Shown here piece by piece: positions 1 through 7,998 of a stretch of 32,000 nt of DNA. A program made the position numbers and the translations under genes. Location: contig OZ245049.1 of NCBI GenBank assembly GCA_965224465.1, forward strand, positions 4,020,001 through 4,052,000, in the 5' to 3' direction. The stretch's first letter is position 1; every line of letters begins with the position of its first letter. The notes beneath the pieces are model-generated. The model was not told where the DNA came from. It worked only from the letters and a program-made list of their open reading frames with translations, and ran no database searches. The DNA is from Flavobacteriaceae bacterium (lineage in GTDB: Bacteria; Bacteroidota; Bacteroidia; Flavobacteriales; Flavobacteriaceae).

Positions 1-94
1 TGCGCCTATTGTGATTCAAGGAGCAGGTGCTGGGGCTGCTGTTACAGCAAGAGGTGTTTTTGGAGACATCATTAGGCTAGCAGATAAAAATTAA
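1..94 (+). CDS. 3' end of homoserine dehydrogenase (probably bifunctional aspartokinase/homoserine dehydrogenase), partial
   Basis: Frame 2 reads PIVIQGAGAGAAVTARGVFGDIIRLADKN*. This resembles the conserved C-terminus of ThrA/Hom proteins (..GAG..VTA.GVF.D(L/I)(L/I)R..). Open at the window start; stop at 92-94. Confidence 0.55.
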   Translation, partial: APIVIQGAGAGAAVTARGVFGDIIRLADKN

Positions 95-115
95 ATAGTA
101 AAAAAAAAGCAGAAA

Positions 116-1285
116 ATGAAATACAGTAATTTTGAAACACAAGCAATCCGAAACCAATTGGAGCGATCTCAATTTGAGGAGCATTCGGTACCTATCTATG
201 TAACTTCTAGTTTTGTTTTTGACGATGCAGAGGATATGAGAGCCTCGTTTTCTGAAGAGAAAGACAAGAATATATATTCTAGGTTTACCAATCCGAACAC
301 CACGGAATTTATTGATAAAGTAGTGGCTATGGAAGGTGCAGAAGACGGATATGCTTTTGCTACCGGAATGGCAGCTGTGTTTTCTACCTTTGCTGCCTTG
401 TTAAATAGTGGCGATCATATTGTGTCGGCAAGGGCTGTTTTTGGTTCAACTCATACCTTATTCACAAAATATTTACCCAAGTGGAATATCAGTACTTCTT
501 ATTTTGAAAGCAACGATTTGGACGCCATAGAAAGTTTGATTACTCCTGCTACAAAAATTTTATATGCAGAGTCGCCTACCAATCCAGGCATTGATATTTT
601 AGATTTGGAACGCTTAGGAGAGATTGCTAAAAAGCATGCGTTGTTATTGGTCATAGACAACTGTTTTGCAACTCCATATATTCAGCAGCCTATAAAATTA
701 GGTGCGCATTTAGTCATCCATTCAGCTACTAAATTAATGGATGGACAAGGCCGTGTTCTAGGAGGAGTGGTTGTAGGAGAAAAAGAATTGATTCGAGAAA
801 TATATTTGTTCTCTCGAAATACAGGGCCTGCAATGTCTCCATTCAATGCTTGGGTATTGTCTAAGAGCTTAGAAACGTTGGCTGTTAGATTAGATAGACA
901 TTGTGAAAATGCAGAAAAAGTAGCAGATTTTTTGGAGAGACATAAAAATGTAAATTCAGTAAAATACCCTTTTTTACGATCTCATCCACAGTACGAAATT
1001 GCCAAAAAACAAATGAAATTAGGCGGGAATATCATCGCCTTTGAAGTCAAAGGAGGAATAGATGCTGGACGTACATTTTTAGATGCTATTCAGATGTGTT
1101 CACTTTCGGCTAATTTAGGAGATACGCGGACTATTGTTACCCATCCTGCTTCTACAACGCATAGTAAATTATCTGAAAATGAGCGCTTAAGTGTAGGTAT
1201 TACAGATGGATTGATTCGGATTTCGGTTGGTTTGGAACATGTGAGTGATATTATAGCCGATGTAGACCAAGCATTGTTAAAATAA
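116..1285 (+). CDS. metZ: Cys/Met-metabolism PLP-dependent enzyme, O-succinyl/acetyl-homoserine sulfhydrylase (MetZ family)
   Basis: 389 aa with motifs SRFTNPN, VFGSTHTLF and DNCFATPYIQQPIKLGA. The PLP-lysine motif HSATKLMDGQGR is typical of MetZ-type sulfhydrylases, and the length fits MetZ rather than the ~430-aa MetY. Confidence 0.75.
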   Translation: MKYSNFETQAIRNQLERSQFEEHSVPIYVTSSFVFDDAEDMRASFSEEKDKNIYSRFTNPNTTEFIDKVVAMEGAEDGYAFATGMAAVFSTFAALLNSGDHIVSARAVFGSTHTLFTKYLPKWNISTSYFESNDLDAIESLITPATKILYAESPTNPGIDILDLERLGEIAKKHALLLVIDNCFATPYIQQPIKLGAHLVIHSATKLMDGQGRVLGGVVVGEKELIREIYLFSRNTGPAMSPFNAWVLSKSLETLAVRLDRHCENAEKVADFLERHKNVNSVKYPFLRSHPQYEIAKKQMKLGGNIIAFEVKGGIDAGRTFLDAIQMCSLSANLGDTRTIVTHPASTTHSKLSENERLSVGITDGLIRISVGLEHVSDIIADVDQALLK

Positions 1286-1377
1286 GCACGAGTTTTTTTA
1301 TCTAAATTGTTGTAAATCAGTTAAAATATAACAGATATGTTAAATAATAGTCAAATAACAGCCTTAAACCCTATAGA

Positions 1378-1409
1378 CTTGGTAGGGTAATAAAATTATA
1401 GTAAGTTTG
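1378..1409 (+). promoter_or_regulatory. Candidate Bacteroidota sigma-A promoter for the DUF2061-cysHDN operon
   Basis: TAagTTTG at 1402-1409 fits the -7 consensus TAnnTTTG. An imperfect -33 element (cTTG) lies about 20 bp upstream. The site is 25 nt before the 1434 start. Confidence 0.3.
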
Positions 1410-1433
1410 TCACGGAATAATTAAATAATTAAA

Positions 1434-1700
1434 ATGATTGTAGAGCAATTAATTGATAGCAAGAAAAATGGTGGGCCATCGGTTTTTGAAGATGATAAGA
1501 ATTCTGAAAAGCCTATGAGAAGCATCCTAAAATCCATTAGTTGGCGTATTATTGGGACCTTAGATACGGTGTTGATCTCATGGTTTGTGACAGGAGATAC
1601 TGCCATGGCGCTTTCAATTGGTTCTGTAGAATTGGTAACAAAAATGGTTTTGTACTTCTTTCACGAAAGATTGTGGAATCGAATAAAATGGGGTAAATAA
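1434..1700 (+). CDS. DUF2061-family small membrane protein
   Basis: 88 aa. The block SISWRIIGTLDTVLISWFVTGD...ALSIGSVELVTKMVLYFFHERLWNRIKWG matches the DUF2061 pattern. Its stop overlaps the cysH start (TAATG at 1698-1702). Confidence 0.75.
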   Translation: MIVEQLIDSKKNGGPSVFEDDKNSEKPMRSILKSISWRIIGTLDTVLISWFVTGDTAMALSIGSVELVTKMVLYFFHERLWNRIKWGK

Positions 1701-2308
1701 TGGATATTGATAAAATAAATAAACAATTAAAGGGGAAGTCACCTCAGGTGATTATAAAATGGGCAATGGAATTTGCGAAAAAACCATTGGTAACTACCAA
1801 TTTTAGGCCCTACGAAGTGGCAATTTTACACGCATGTACACAAGTAGATAAAGAGTTAAAAGTGATTTGGTGTGATACGGGATATAATACTCCAAACACC
1901 TATAAACATGCGAACGAGCTTATTGAGAGCTTGGATTTGAACGTGTTTTTATACGTGCCAAAACAGACCGCTGCTCACAGAGATGCTACTATGGGGATTC
2001 CTCAAATAGAAGATCCATTACACGAAGTTTTTACCGAGCAAGTAAAGATGGAGCCTTTTGGTAGAGCAATGGAAGAACATCAACCAGATGTATGGTTTAC
2101 AAATATTAGAAAAGGACAAACGGCATTTAGAGATGGAGTTGATGTGGTGTCAGTAAGTAAAACTGGTTTGGTAAAAGTGAGCCCTTTTTATCATTGGACG
2201 GATAAGCAATTAGATGCTTATTTAGAAGAGAATAAGTTGCCAAACGAGTTTAAATATTTTGATCCAACAAAAGTATTGGGTAATAGAGAATGTGGATTGC
2301 ATTCATAA
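1700..2308 (+). CDS. cysH: Phosphoadenosine phosphosulfate (PAPS) reductase family protein, thioredoxin-dependent type
   Basis: 202 aa with the C-terminal catalytic ECGLH motif. It lacks the CC...CxxC Fe-S cysteines of APS reductases. Sits immediately upstream of cysD and cysN. Confidence 0.85.
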   Translation: MDIDKINKQLKGKSPQVIIKWAMEFAKKPLVTTNFRPYEVAILHACTQVDKELKVIWCDTGYNTPNTYKHANELIESLDLNVFLYVPKQTAAHRDATMGIPQIEDPLHEVFTEQVKMEPFGRAMEEHQPDVWFTNIRKGQTAFRDGVDVVSVSKTGLVKVSPFYHWTDKQLDAYLEENKLPNEFKYFDPTKVLGNRECGLHS

Positions 2309-2320
2309 AAAGAAAAGAAG

Positions 2321-3220
2321 ATGACAGAAGTTTTACAATTAAATGACCTAGAAAACGAAGCGATTTTTATCTTGAGAGAAGTGGCTGCACAGTTTGATAA
2401 ACCTGTGTTGTTGTTTTCTGGAGGGAAAGATTCTATCACCTTGGTAAGGTTGGCGCAAAAAGCCTTCTATCCAGCCAAGATTCCTTTTCCATTGATGCAT
2501 ATTGATACAGGTCATAATTTTCCAGAAACGATTGCTTTTCGTGATAAATTAGTGGAAGAATTAGGCTTAGAATTGATTGTACGTAACGTGCAAGATTCTA
2601 TAGATCAAGGAAAAGTAAAAGAAGAGTCAGGGCGCTATTCTAGCCGAAACATGTTGCAAACAACCACCTTGTTAGATGCTATTGAAGAATTTAAATTTGA
2701 TGCATGTATTGGTGGAGCTCGAAGAGATGAAGAAAAAGCAAGAGCAAAAGAACGTATTTTTTCTGTTCGAGATGATTTTGGACAATGGGATGAAAAAAAC
2801 CAACGACCAGAATTGTTCGATATGTTAAATGGAGAGATAGATTTAGGACAGAATGTACGTGTTTTTCCAATTTCTAATTGGACAGAATTAGATGTGTGGA
2901 GTTATATAGAAAACGAAGTATTGGAAATACCATCCATTTATTTCTCTCATAAACGCCCAACATTTGTTCGTGATGGTATGATTTGGTCTGCTGCAGATTG
3001 TGTGTACAGAGACGCAGAAGAAGAAGTCGAAGAGCGTATTGTTAGATTTAGAACAGTTGGAGATATGAGTTGTACCGCAGCAGTGGCTTCGCATGCAGAA
3101 ACCATCAGTCAGGTAGTTGAAGAAATTAGAGATTCTAGCATCTCGGAACGTGGAGCTCGTATTGATGATAAAAGATCAGAGTCAGCCATGGAGAAACGGA
3201 AACAACAAGGGTATTTTTAG
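2321..3220 (+). CDS. cysD: Sulfate adenylyltransferase subunit 2
   Basis: 299 aa with the PP-loop SGGKDS. Strong CysD-like blocks are present (MHIDTGHNFPE, GGARRDEEKARAKERIFS, FPISNWTELDVW). Confidence 0.93.
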   Translation: MTEVLQLNDLENEAIFILREVAAQFDKPVLLFSGGKDSITLVRLAQKAFYPAKIPFPLMHIDTGHNFPETIAFRDKLVEELGLELIVRNVQDSIDQGKVKEESGRYSSRNMLQTTTLLDAIEEFKFDACIGGARRDEEKARAKERIFSVRDDFGQWDEKNQRPELFDMLNGEIDLGQNVRVFPISNWTELDVWSYIENEVLEIPSIYFSHKRPTFVRDGMIWSAADCVYRDAEEEVEERIVRFRTVGDMSCTAAVASHAETISQVVEEIRDSSISERGARIDDKRSESAMEKRKQQGYF

Positions 3221-3423
3221 CAATTAGTATAGCGTTTCTCAATGTAACGCTTATATGTAAAAAAAATAAAAGAAGTATCAACCAACGTATTTGATAATTT
3301 TCTCCTTTGGGGAGGCAATCAAGACAGCGGGGGATAAACGTAATAAGTTCTTAGAATAGGATGTACAAGGAGCTCGTGTTGCTCCACGAACAATCGGATA
3401 CTAACAACTAAAAATTAATATAA

Positions 3424-4674
3424 ATGGAAGTATTAAAAATAGCAACGGCAGGAAGTGTAGATGATGGGAAAAGCACCTTAATTGGACGTATTTTATACGA
3501 TACAAAATCAATGACGGATGATAAGTTGGAGGCCATTGAACGCAGTAGTAAATTAAAAGGCTATGACTATCTTGATTTTTCTTTGGCAACAGACGGTTTA
3601 GTAGCCGAACGCGAGCAAGGGATTACCATAGATGTGGCACATATTTATTTTTCTACGGCAAAACGTAGTTATATTATTGCAGACACGCCAGGTCATATTG
3701 AGTATACTAGAAATATGGTGACTGGAGCTTCAACCTCTCAGGCTGCAATTATATTGATCGATGCCCGTCACGGGGTGATTGAACAAACCTATCGTCACTT
3801 CTTTATCAATAATTTACTCCGTGTAAAAAATGTAATTGTTGCAGTAAATAAAATGGATTTGGTTGATTTTTCAGAGGAGAGATTCAATCAAATTAAAGCG
3901 GAGTTTGAGCAATTAGTGAAAAAAAGTAATTTTGAAGATCGTCAAATATCATATATACCAGTCAGTGCTTTAAAAGGAGATAATGTGGTGCATAAATCTA
4001 CTAATTTTGATTGGTACAATGGAGCAACACTTATGGATCATTTAGAAAGCTTGGATGCAGAGGATGTATACAATAATGGAAAAATGCGTTTTCCTATACA
4101 ATATGTAGTGCGTCCAAAAACTGAAGAGTTTCACGATTTTAGAGGCTATGCAGGAAAAGTATATGGAGATGTATTATCTGTTGGAGATGAGGTATTGGTA
4201 TTGCCTTCAAAGACAAAAACAAAAGTAAAAGACATCTATTTTTACGATAAAAAATATGGAAAAGCAGGACGCCAAAGTTCGGTGACTGTAACCTTATCTG
4301 ATAATGTAAATGTAAGTAGAGGAGACATGATTGTGAAGGTTGATGAGATTCCTAGAATGGCAAAGCAGGTGACAGCAACGGTGTCTTGGATGGATGCGCA
4401 ACAATTAATGCCAGGAAGTAAATATTTACTACAACACGGTGTACATAAAGTATTGGCTAAAGTAAAAACGATTCACCATAAAATTGAGACTGATTTTTCG
4501 GGTGTTCAAGAAGGGGTTTCGGAAGTAGCTATGAATGATATTGCTTCTGTAACATTTCAGTTAAATAAACCTATCTTTTTTGATACGTTCGAAGAAAATA
4601 GAACCAATGGCGCTTTTATTTTGATTGATCAGCAATCGAATCATACAGCAGGCGTTGGATTTATAGAGTCTTAA
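3424..4674 (+). CDS. cysN: Sulfate adenylyltransferase subunit 1 (GTPase), without a fused APS kinase domain
   Basis: 416 aa with GTPase motifs GSVDDGKST, DTPGH and NKMD. It ends after the EF-Tu-like beta-barrel domains, so no CysC domain is attached. Confidence 0.92.
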   Translation: MEVLKIATAGSVDDGKSTLIGRILYDTKSMTDDKLEAIERSSKLKGYDYLDFSLATDGLVAEREQGITIDVAHIYFSTAKRSYIIADTPGHIEYTRNMVTGASTSQAAIILIDARHGVIEQTYRHFFINNLLRVKNVIVAVNKMDLVDFSEERFNQIKAEFEQLVKKSNFEDRQISYIPVSALKGDNVVHKSTNFDWYNGATLMDHLESLDAEDVYNNGKMRFPIQYVVRPKTEEFHDFRGYAGKVYGDVLSVGDEVLVLPSKTKTKVKDIYFYDKKYGKAGRQSSVTVTLSDNVNVSRGDMIVKVDEIPRMAKQVTATVSWMDAQQLMPGSKYLLQHGVHKVLAKVKTIHHKIETDFSGVQEGVSEVAMNDIASVTFQLNKPIFFDTFEENRTNGAFILIDQQSNHTAGVGFIES

Positions 4675-4679
4675 AAATA

Positions 4680-4778
4680 CAATCCAAAATGACCTATATA
4701 AATAGTTTATTTTACGTGCTAGCATTGTTGAAAAACAGAAAGATAGCTAAGGCTATCCTTCCGTTTTTCGCCTAGCTA
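4680..4778 (+). repeat. Dispersed intergenic repeat, copy 1 (module A only)
   Basis: Begins caatccaaaatgacc 6 nt after the cysN stop. Near-identical to 4791-4889, 11719-11818 and 17957-18050. Contains the hairpin gatagc-taag-gctatc and an intact 28-codon ORF at 4689-4775. Confidence 0.9.
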
Positions 4779-4790
4779 TACTACCAATTA

Positions 4791-4993
4791 CAATCCAAAA
4801 TGACCGATATAAATAGTTTATTTTATGTGCTAGCGTTGTTAAAAAATAGAACGATTGCTAAGGCTATCCTTCCGTTTTCCGCCTAGCTAAAACAAAAAAA
4901 TAATTCTATTTCTAAACTATCACTTGGGAATTTAATTGGTAAAACAAAAAATAATTCCATTTCTAAGCCGTCACTTAGAAATGTATTTAATAT
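4791..4993 (+). repeat. Dispersed intergenic repeat, copy 2 (module A plus two tandem module B units)
   Basis: Module A spans 4791-4889 with an intact 28-codon ORF at 4800-4886. Module B (aaaacaaaaaaataattccatttctaaaccgtcacttggaa...) occurs twice, at 4890-4940 and 4941-4993. Confidence 0.9.
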
Positions 4994-5100
4994 AACATAT
5001 AGATTACAAGTGTTTTAAGGTTGTCTGTTGTTTCTGTAGGAATACTATAGGGATGATAGAGAACTGTAATTCAGCACACCAAACTAACAAAAATACAGCT

Positions 5101-7191
5101 ATGCAAAGTTTTAGAACCGAAATTGAAAATCCATTAGTGGAGAAGGATATTATTGATTTAGAAAAAAAAATTCGTCAGTTCCACAAAGGAGAAATAGATG
5201 AAGAACGATTTCGTAGCTTGCGTTTAGCTCGTGGAGTGTATGGGCAGCGCCAATTTGGAGTCCAAATGATCCGAATTAAATTGCCTTTTGGTAAAATAAC
5301 GAGTGAGCAATTGCATCGGATTTCAGATGTTTCTGATGAATATTCTCGGGGTCGTTTGCATATTACTACACGTCAAGATATTCAAATTCATCATGTTAGT
5401 TTGGATAGGACGCCCGAGTTATGGGCGGAACTAGAGAAAGATGCGATTACCTTGCGTGAAGCTTGTGGGAATACGGTGAGAAATGTAACGGCATCGGAAA
5501 CTGCAGGGATTGATCCTGCAGAAGTGTTTGATGTGTCACCTTATGCAGAAGCTTTGTTTGAATTCTTTTTGAGAAATCCTATTTGTCAAGAGATGGGACG
5601 TAAAATTAAAATTTCTTTTTCTGGAACAGATCAAGATAGTGCTGTTAGTTTTATTCATGATGTTGGATTTATTGCAAAAACAGAAAAGGGTGTCCATGGA
5701 TTTAAAGTGTTGATAGCTGGAGGAATTGGTTCGCAACCTAGGCATGCAGATGTCCTCTATGAGTTTTTAGAAGCAGCTAAAATAATTCCATTAACAGAAG
5801 CCATTTTACGTGTTTTTGATCGTTATGGAGAACGTGCAAAAAGAGCGAAAGCGCGTATGAAATTTTTATTAAAAAAAGTAGGTCTAGAAGAATTTAGAGA
5901 GTTGCTAGAGCTAGAGCAGAAAACATTATCTCATCAAATAGTTAGGGTTGATACTTCCAAGTATGACGTTGCCGTTGTTCCGAATCCGATCACAGTTCCA
6001 TCAGTAAAAATTAAAGATGTAGATCAGTTTGAAATATGGAGAAAATCCAATGTAATTGACCAAAAACAAGAAGGACTGTTTGCGATTGGAATAAAAGTGC
6101 GTTTAGGTGATTTTTACACTAAAAATGCACGGATTCTTGCGGATTTGATTAAAAAATATGCAGGGAATGAACTGAGGTTAAGTATCCGACAAAATATTTT
6201 GATACGTCATGTTCCGGAGGCTTCGTTGCCGTTTTTTTATGTAGAATTGTCTAAATTGGGATATACTTCTATTGGATTTAATACTACATTAGACATTACT
6301 TCCTGTCCAGGCACAGATACATGTAATCTTGGAATAGCAAGTAGTACTGGGATTTCTACAGTATTAGAACAGGTAATAGCAAAAGAATATCCGCAGCTTG
6401 TGCTGAATAATGATATTACTATAAAAATTAGTGGCTGTATGAATTCTTGTGGGCAACATTCTATTGCCAATATAGGCTTTCAAGGCATGTCGATAAAATC
6501 TGGAAAATTGATAGCTCCTGCATTACAAGTGTTACTCGGAGGAGGGATTTTAGGTGATGGGAAAGGGCGCTTTGCAGATAAGCTGTTAAAAATACCGAGT
6601 AAAAGAGGCCCGGAGGCATTGCGTTATATATTGAATGATTTTCAAGCGAATCATCAAGCAGAAGAATCGTTTTTAGATTATTATGACAGAAAACAGAAGG
6701 GTTATTTTTACGATTTATTAAAACCTTTAGCTGATACCAGTACATTAAAATCAAGTGATTTTATTGATTGGGGGAGTGAAAACAAGTATGAGAAGGTTAT
6801 AGGTATAGGAGAATGTGCGGGTGTAATGATTGATTTGGTTGCAACCTTAATGTTTGAAAATGAAGAGAAAATTTCAAATGCTAGAGAAGCACTGAATTTA
6901 GGGCAATATTCGGATAGTATTTATTATGCCTATGCTAGCATCGTGAATACGGCAAAAGCAATGTTGATTTCTGAACAACAAAAAACCAATACACAAGCTG
7001 AAATTATCACACAGTTTGATCAGTTTTTTTTAGATAAAATTAGTTTGGGAACTTCGTTTACTGATTTTGTTTACCAAATTAGAAAGAATGAACCAGGAAA
7101 GGAGTTTGCAACAAAATATATAAATGATGCCGCTCGTTTTTATGCAAAAGCGAAAGCGTATAGAACTGCAATTTTACAAGATGAAAAATAA
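5101..7191 (+). CDS. Assimilatory sulfite reductase hemoprotein, ferredoxin-dependent nitrite/sulfite reductase family, with a C-terminal extension
   Basis: The siroheme/4Fe-4S ligand motifs TSCPGTDTCNLG and SGCMNSCGQH are present, in a two-repeat NiR/SiR architecture. I prefer the start at M17 (MQSFRTEIENP, 5101); the track ORF begins at 5053. No cysJ flavoprotein partner is nearby. Confidence 0.88.
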   Translation: MQSFRTEIENPLVEKDIIDLEKKIRQFHKGEIDEERFRSLRLARGVYGQRQFGVQMIRIKLPFGKITSEQLHRISDVSDEYSRGRLHITTRQDIQIHHVSLDRTPELWAELEKDAITLREACGNTVRNVTASETAGIDPAEVFDVSPYAEALFEFFLRNPICQEMGRKIKISFSGTDQDSAVSFIHDVGFIAKTEKGVHGFKVLIAGGIGSQPRHADVLYEFLEAAKIIPLTEAILRVFDRYGERAKRAKARMKFLLKKVGLEEFRELLELEQKTLSHQIVRVDTSKYDVAVVPNPITVPSVKIKDVDQFEIWRKSNVIDQKQEGLFAIGIKVRLGDFYTKNARILADLIKKYAGNELRLSIRQNILIRHVPEASLPFFYVELSKLGYTSIGFNTTLDITSCPGTDTCNLGIASSTGISTVLEQVIAKEYPQLVLNNDITIKISGCMNSCGQHSIANIGFQGMSIKSGKLIAPALQVLLGGGILGDGKGRFADKLLKIPSKRGPEALRYILNDFQANHQAEESFLDYYDRKQKGYFYDLLKPLADTSTLKSSDFIDWGSENKYEKVIGIGECAGVMIDLVATLMFENEEKISNAREALNLGQYSDSIYYAYASIVNTAKAMLISEQQKTNTQAEIITQFDQFFLDKISLGTSFTDFVYQIRKNEPGKEFATKYINDAARFYAKAKAYRTAILQDEK

Positions 7192-7987
7192 ACCGAAAGC
7201 AATAGTAACCCTTGTTGGAGCAGGGCCAGGAGATGTAGATTTGATTACCGTAAAAGGCGTGAAAGCTTTGGCAAGTGCAAATGTTGTATTATATGATGCG
7301 CTTATTAGCAGAGAATTATTAGATTATGCACCCGATGCTCTCAAGATTTTTGTAGGAAAGCGCAAAGGATTTCACCGTTATTCACAAGATGAAATCAATC
7401 AAATTATTGTAAAAAATGCGTTTGAGCATGGACATGTGGTTCGTTTAAAAGGGGGAGATCCTTTTATTTTTGGAAGAGGAGCAGAAGAGATTGATTATGT
7501 GGAGTCTTTTGGTATAGAAACCCATGTGGTTTCGGGTGTTTCATCTGCCATTTCTGTGCCTGCAAATTTAGGGGTTTCATTAACAAAAAGAGGTGTCTCA
7601 GAGAGTCTTTGGATACTTACAGGAACTACGTCTAATCGTCAATTGTCTGCGGATGTGAGATTGGCAGCGCAGTCTTCTGCCACAATTGTAATCCTTATGG
7701 GGATGAGTAAACTTACAGAAATTGTAGGGCTATTTAAGGAATATGGAAAAAATCAAACACCAATGGTTGTTATTCAAAATGGCTGTACAGAAAATGAGCA
7801 AGTCGGGCTAGGTACAGTGGATACGATTGTTGAGGTAGTTGCTGATAATGGCTTGTCATCACCCGCTATTATTGTTGTAGGTGAAGTCGTAAAAGAAAGC
7901 GTGAAATTCCGTTCTTTCTTTGAAGAAATTAATCAACAAGTTATTTTAAAAAAAAGAGCCTTCGAAAGATTAAAAACTAACAAATAA
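7181..7987 (+). CDS. cobA: Uroporphyrinogen-III C-methyltransferase (SUMT, siroheme branch)
   Basis: The N-terminus MKNKPKAIVTLVGAGPGDVDLITVKG carries the SUMT GAGPGD motif, followed by RLKGGDPFIFGRGAEE. The start at 7181 overlaps the sulfite reductase stop (7189-7191) by 11 nt. The track start at 7124 is an upstream in-frame extension. Confidence 0.9.
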   Translation: MKNKPKAIVTLVGAGPGDVDLITVKGVKALASANVVLYDALISRELLDYAPDALKIFVGKRKGFHRYSQDEINQIIVKNAFEHGHVVRLKGGDPFIFGRGAEEIDYVESFGIETHVVSGVSSAISVPANLGVSLTKRGVSESLWILTGTTSNRQLSADVRLAAQSSATIVILMGMSKLTEIVGLFKEYGKNQTPMVVIQNGCTENEQVGLGTVDTIVEVVADNGLSSPAIIVVGEVVKESVKFRSFFEEINQQVILKKRAFERLKTNK

Positions 7988-7998
7988 AAAAATAAATT

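Noticed and set aside
1329-1342. Palindrome TAACA-gata-TGTTA upstream of the cys operon, and a similar aatataaca string at about 4987-4995, considered as a shared sulfur-regulator operator.
   Set aside because: These are 5+5 bp inverted repeats in very AT-rich DNA, which are expected by chance. The second site is not palindromic, and no third occurrence lies upstream of cysE.
4680-4993. Whether the tandem repeats after cysN form a CRISPR array or a MITE.
   Set aside because: There are only two adjacent units of about 100 bp, with no unique spacers of regular size and no cas genes. No terminal inverted repeats or target-site duplications are visible. I kept it as an unclassified dispersed repeat instead.
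5053-5100. Upstream extensions of track ORFs: 5053 for the sulfite reductase, 7124 for cobA and 10655 for metH-N.
   Set aside because: The extra residues are not family-like. Internal ATGs at 5101, 7181 and 10715 give N-termini matching the families. The 10655 extension would also translate the GC-rich leader element. Start choice remains unverified without homologue alignment.
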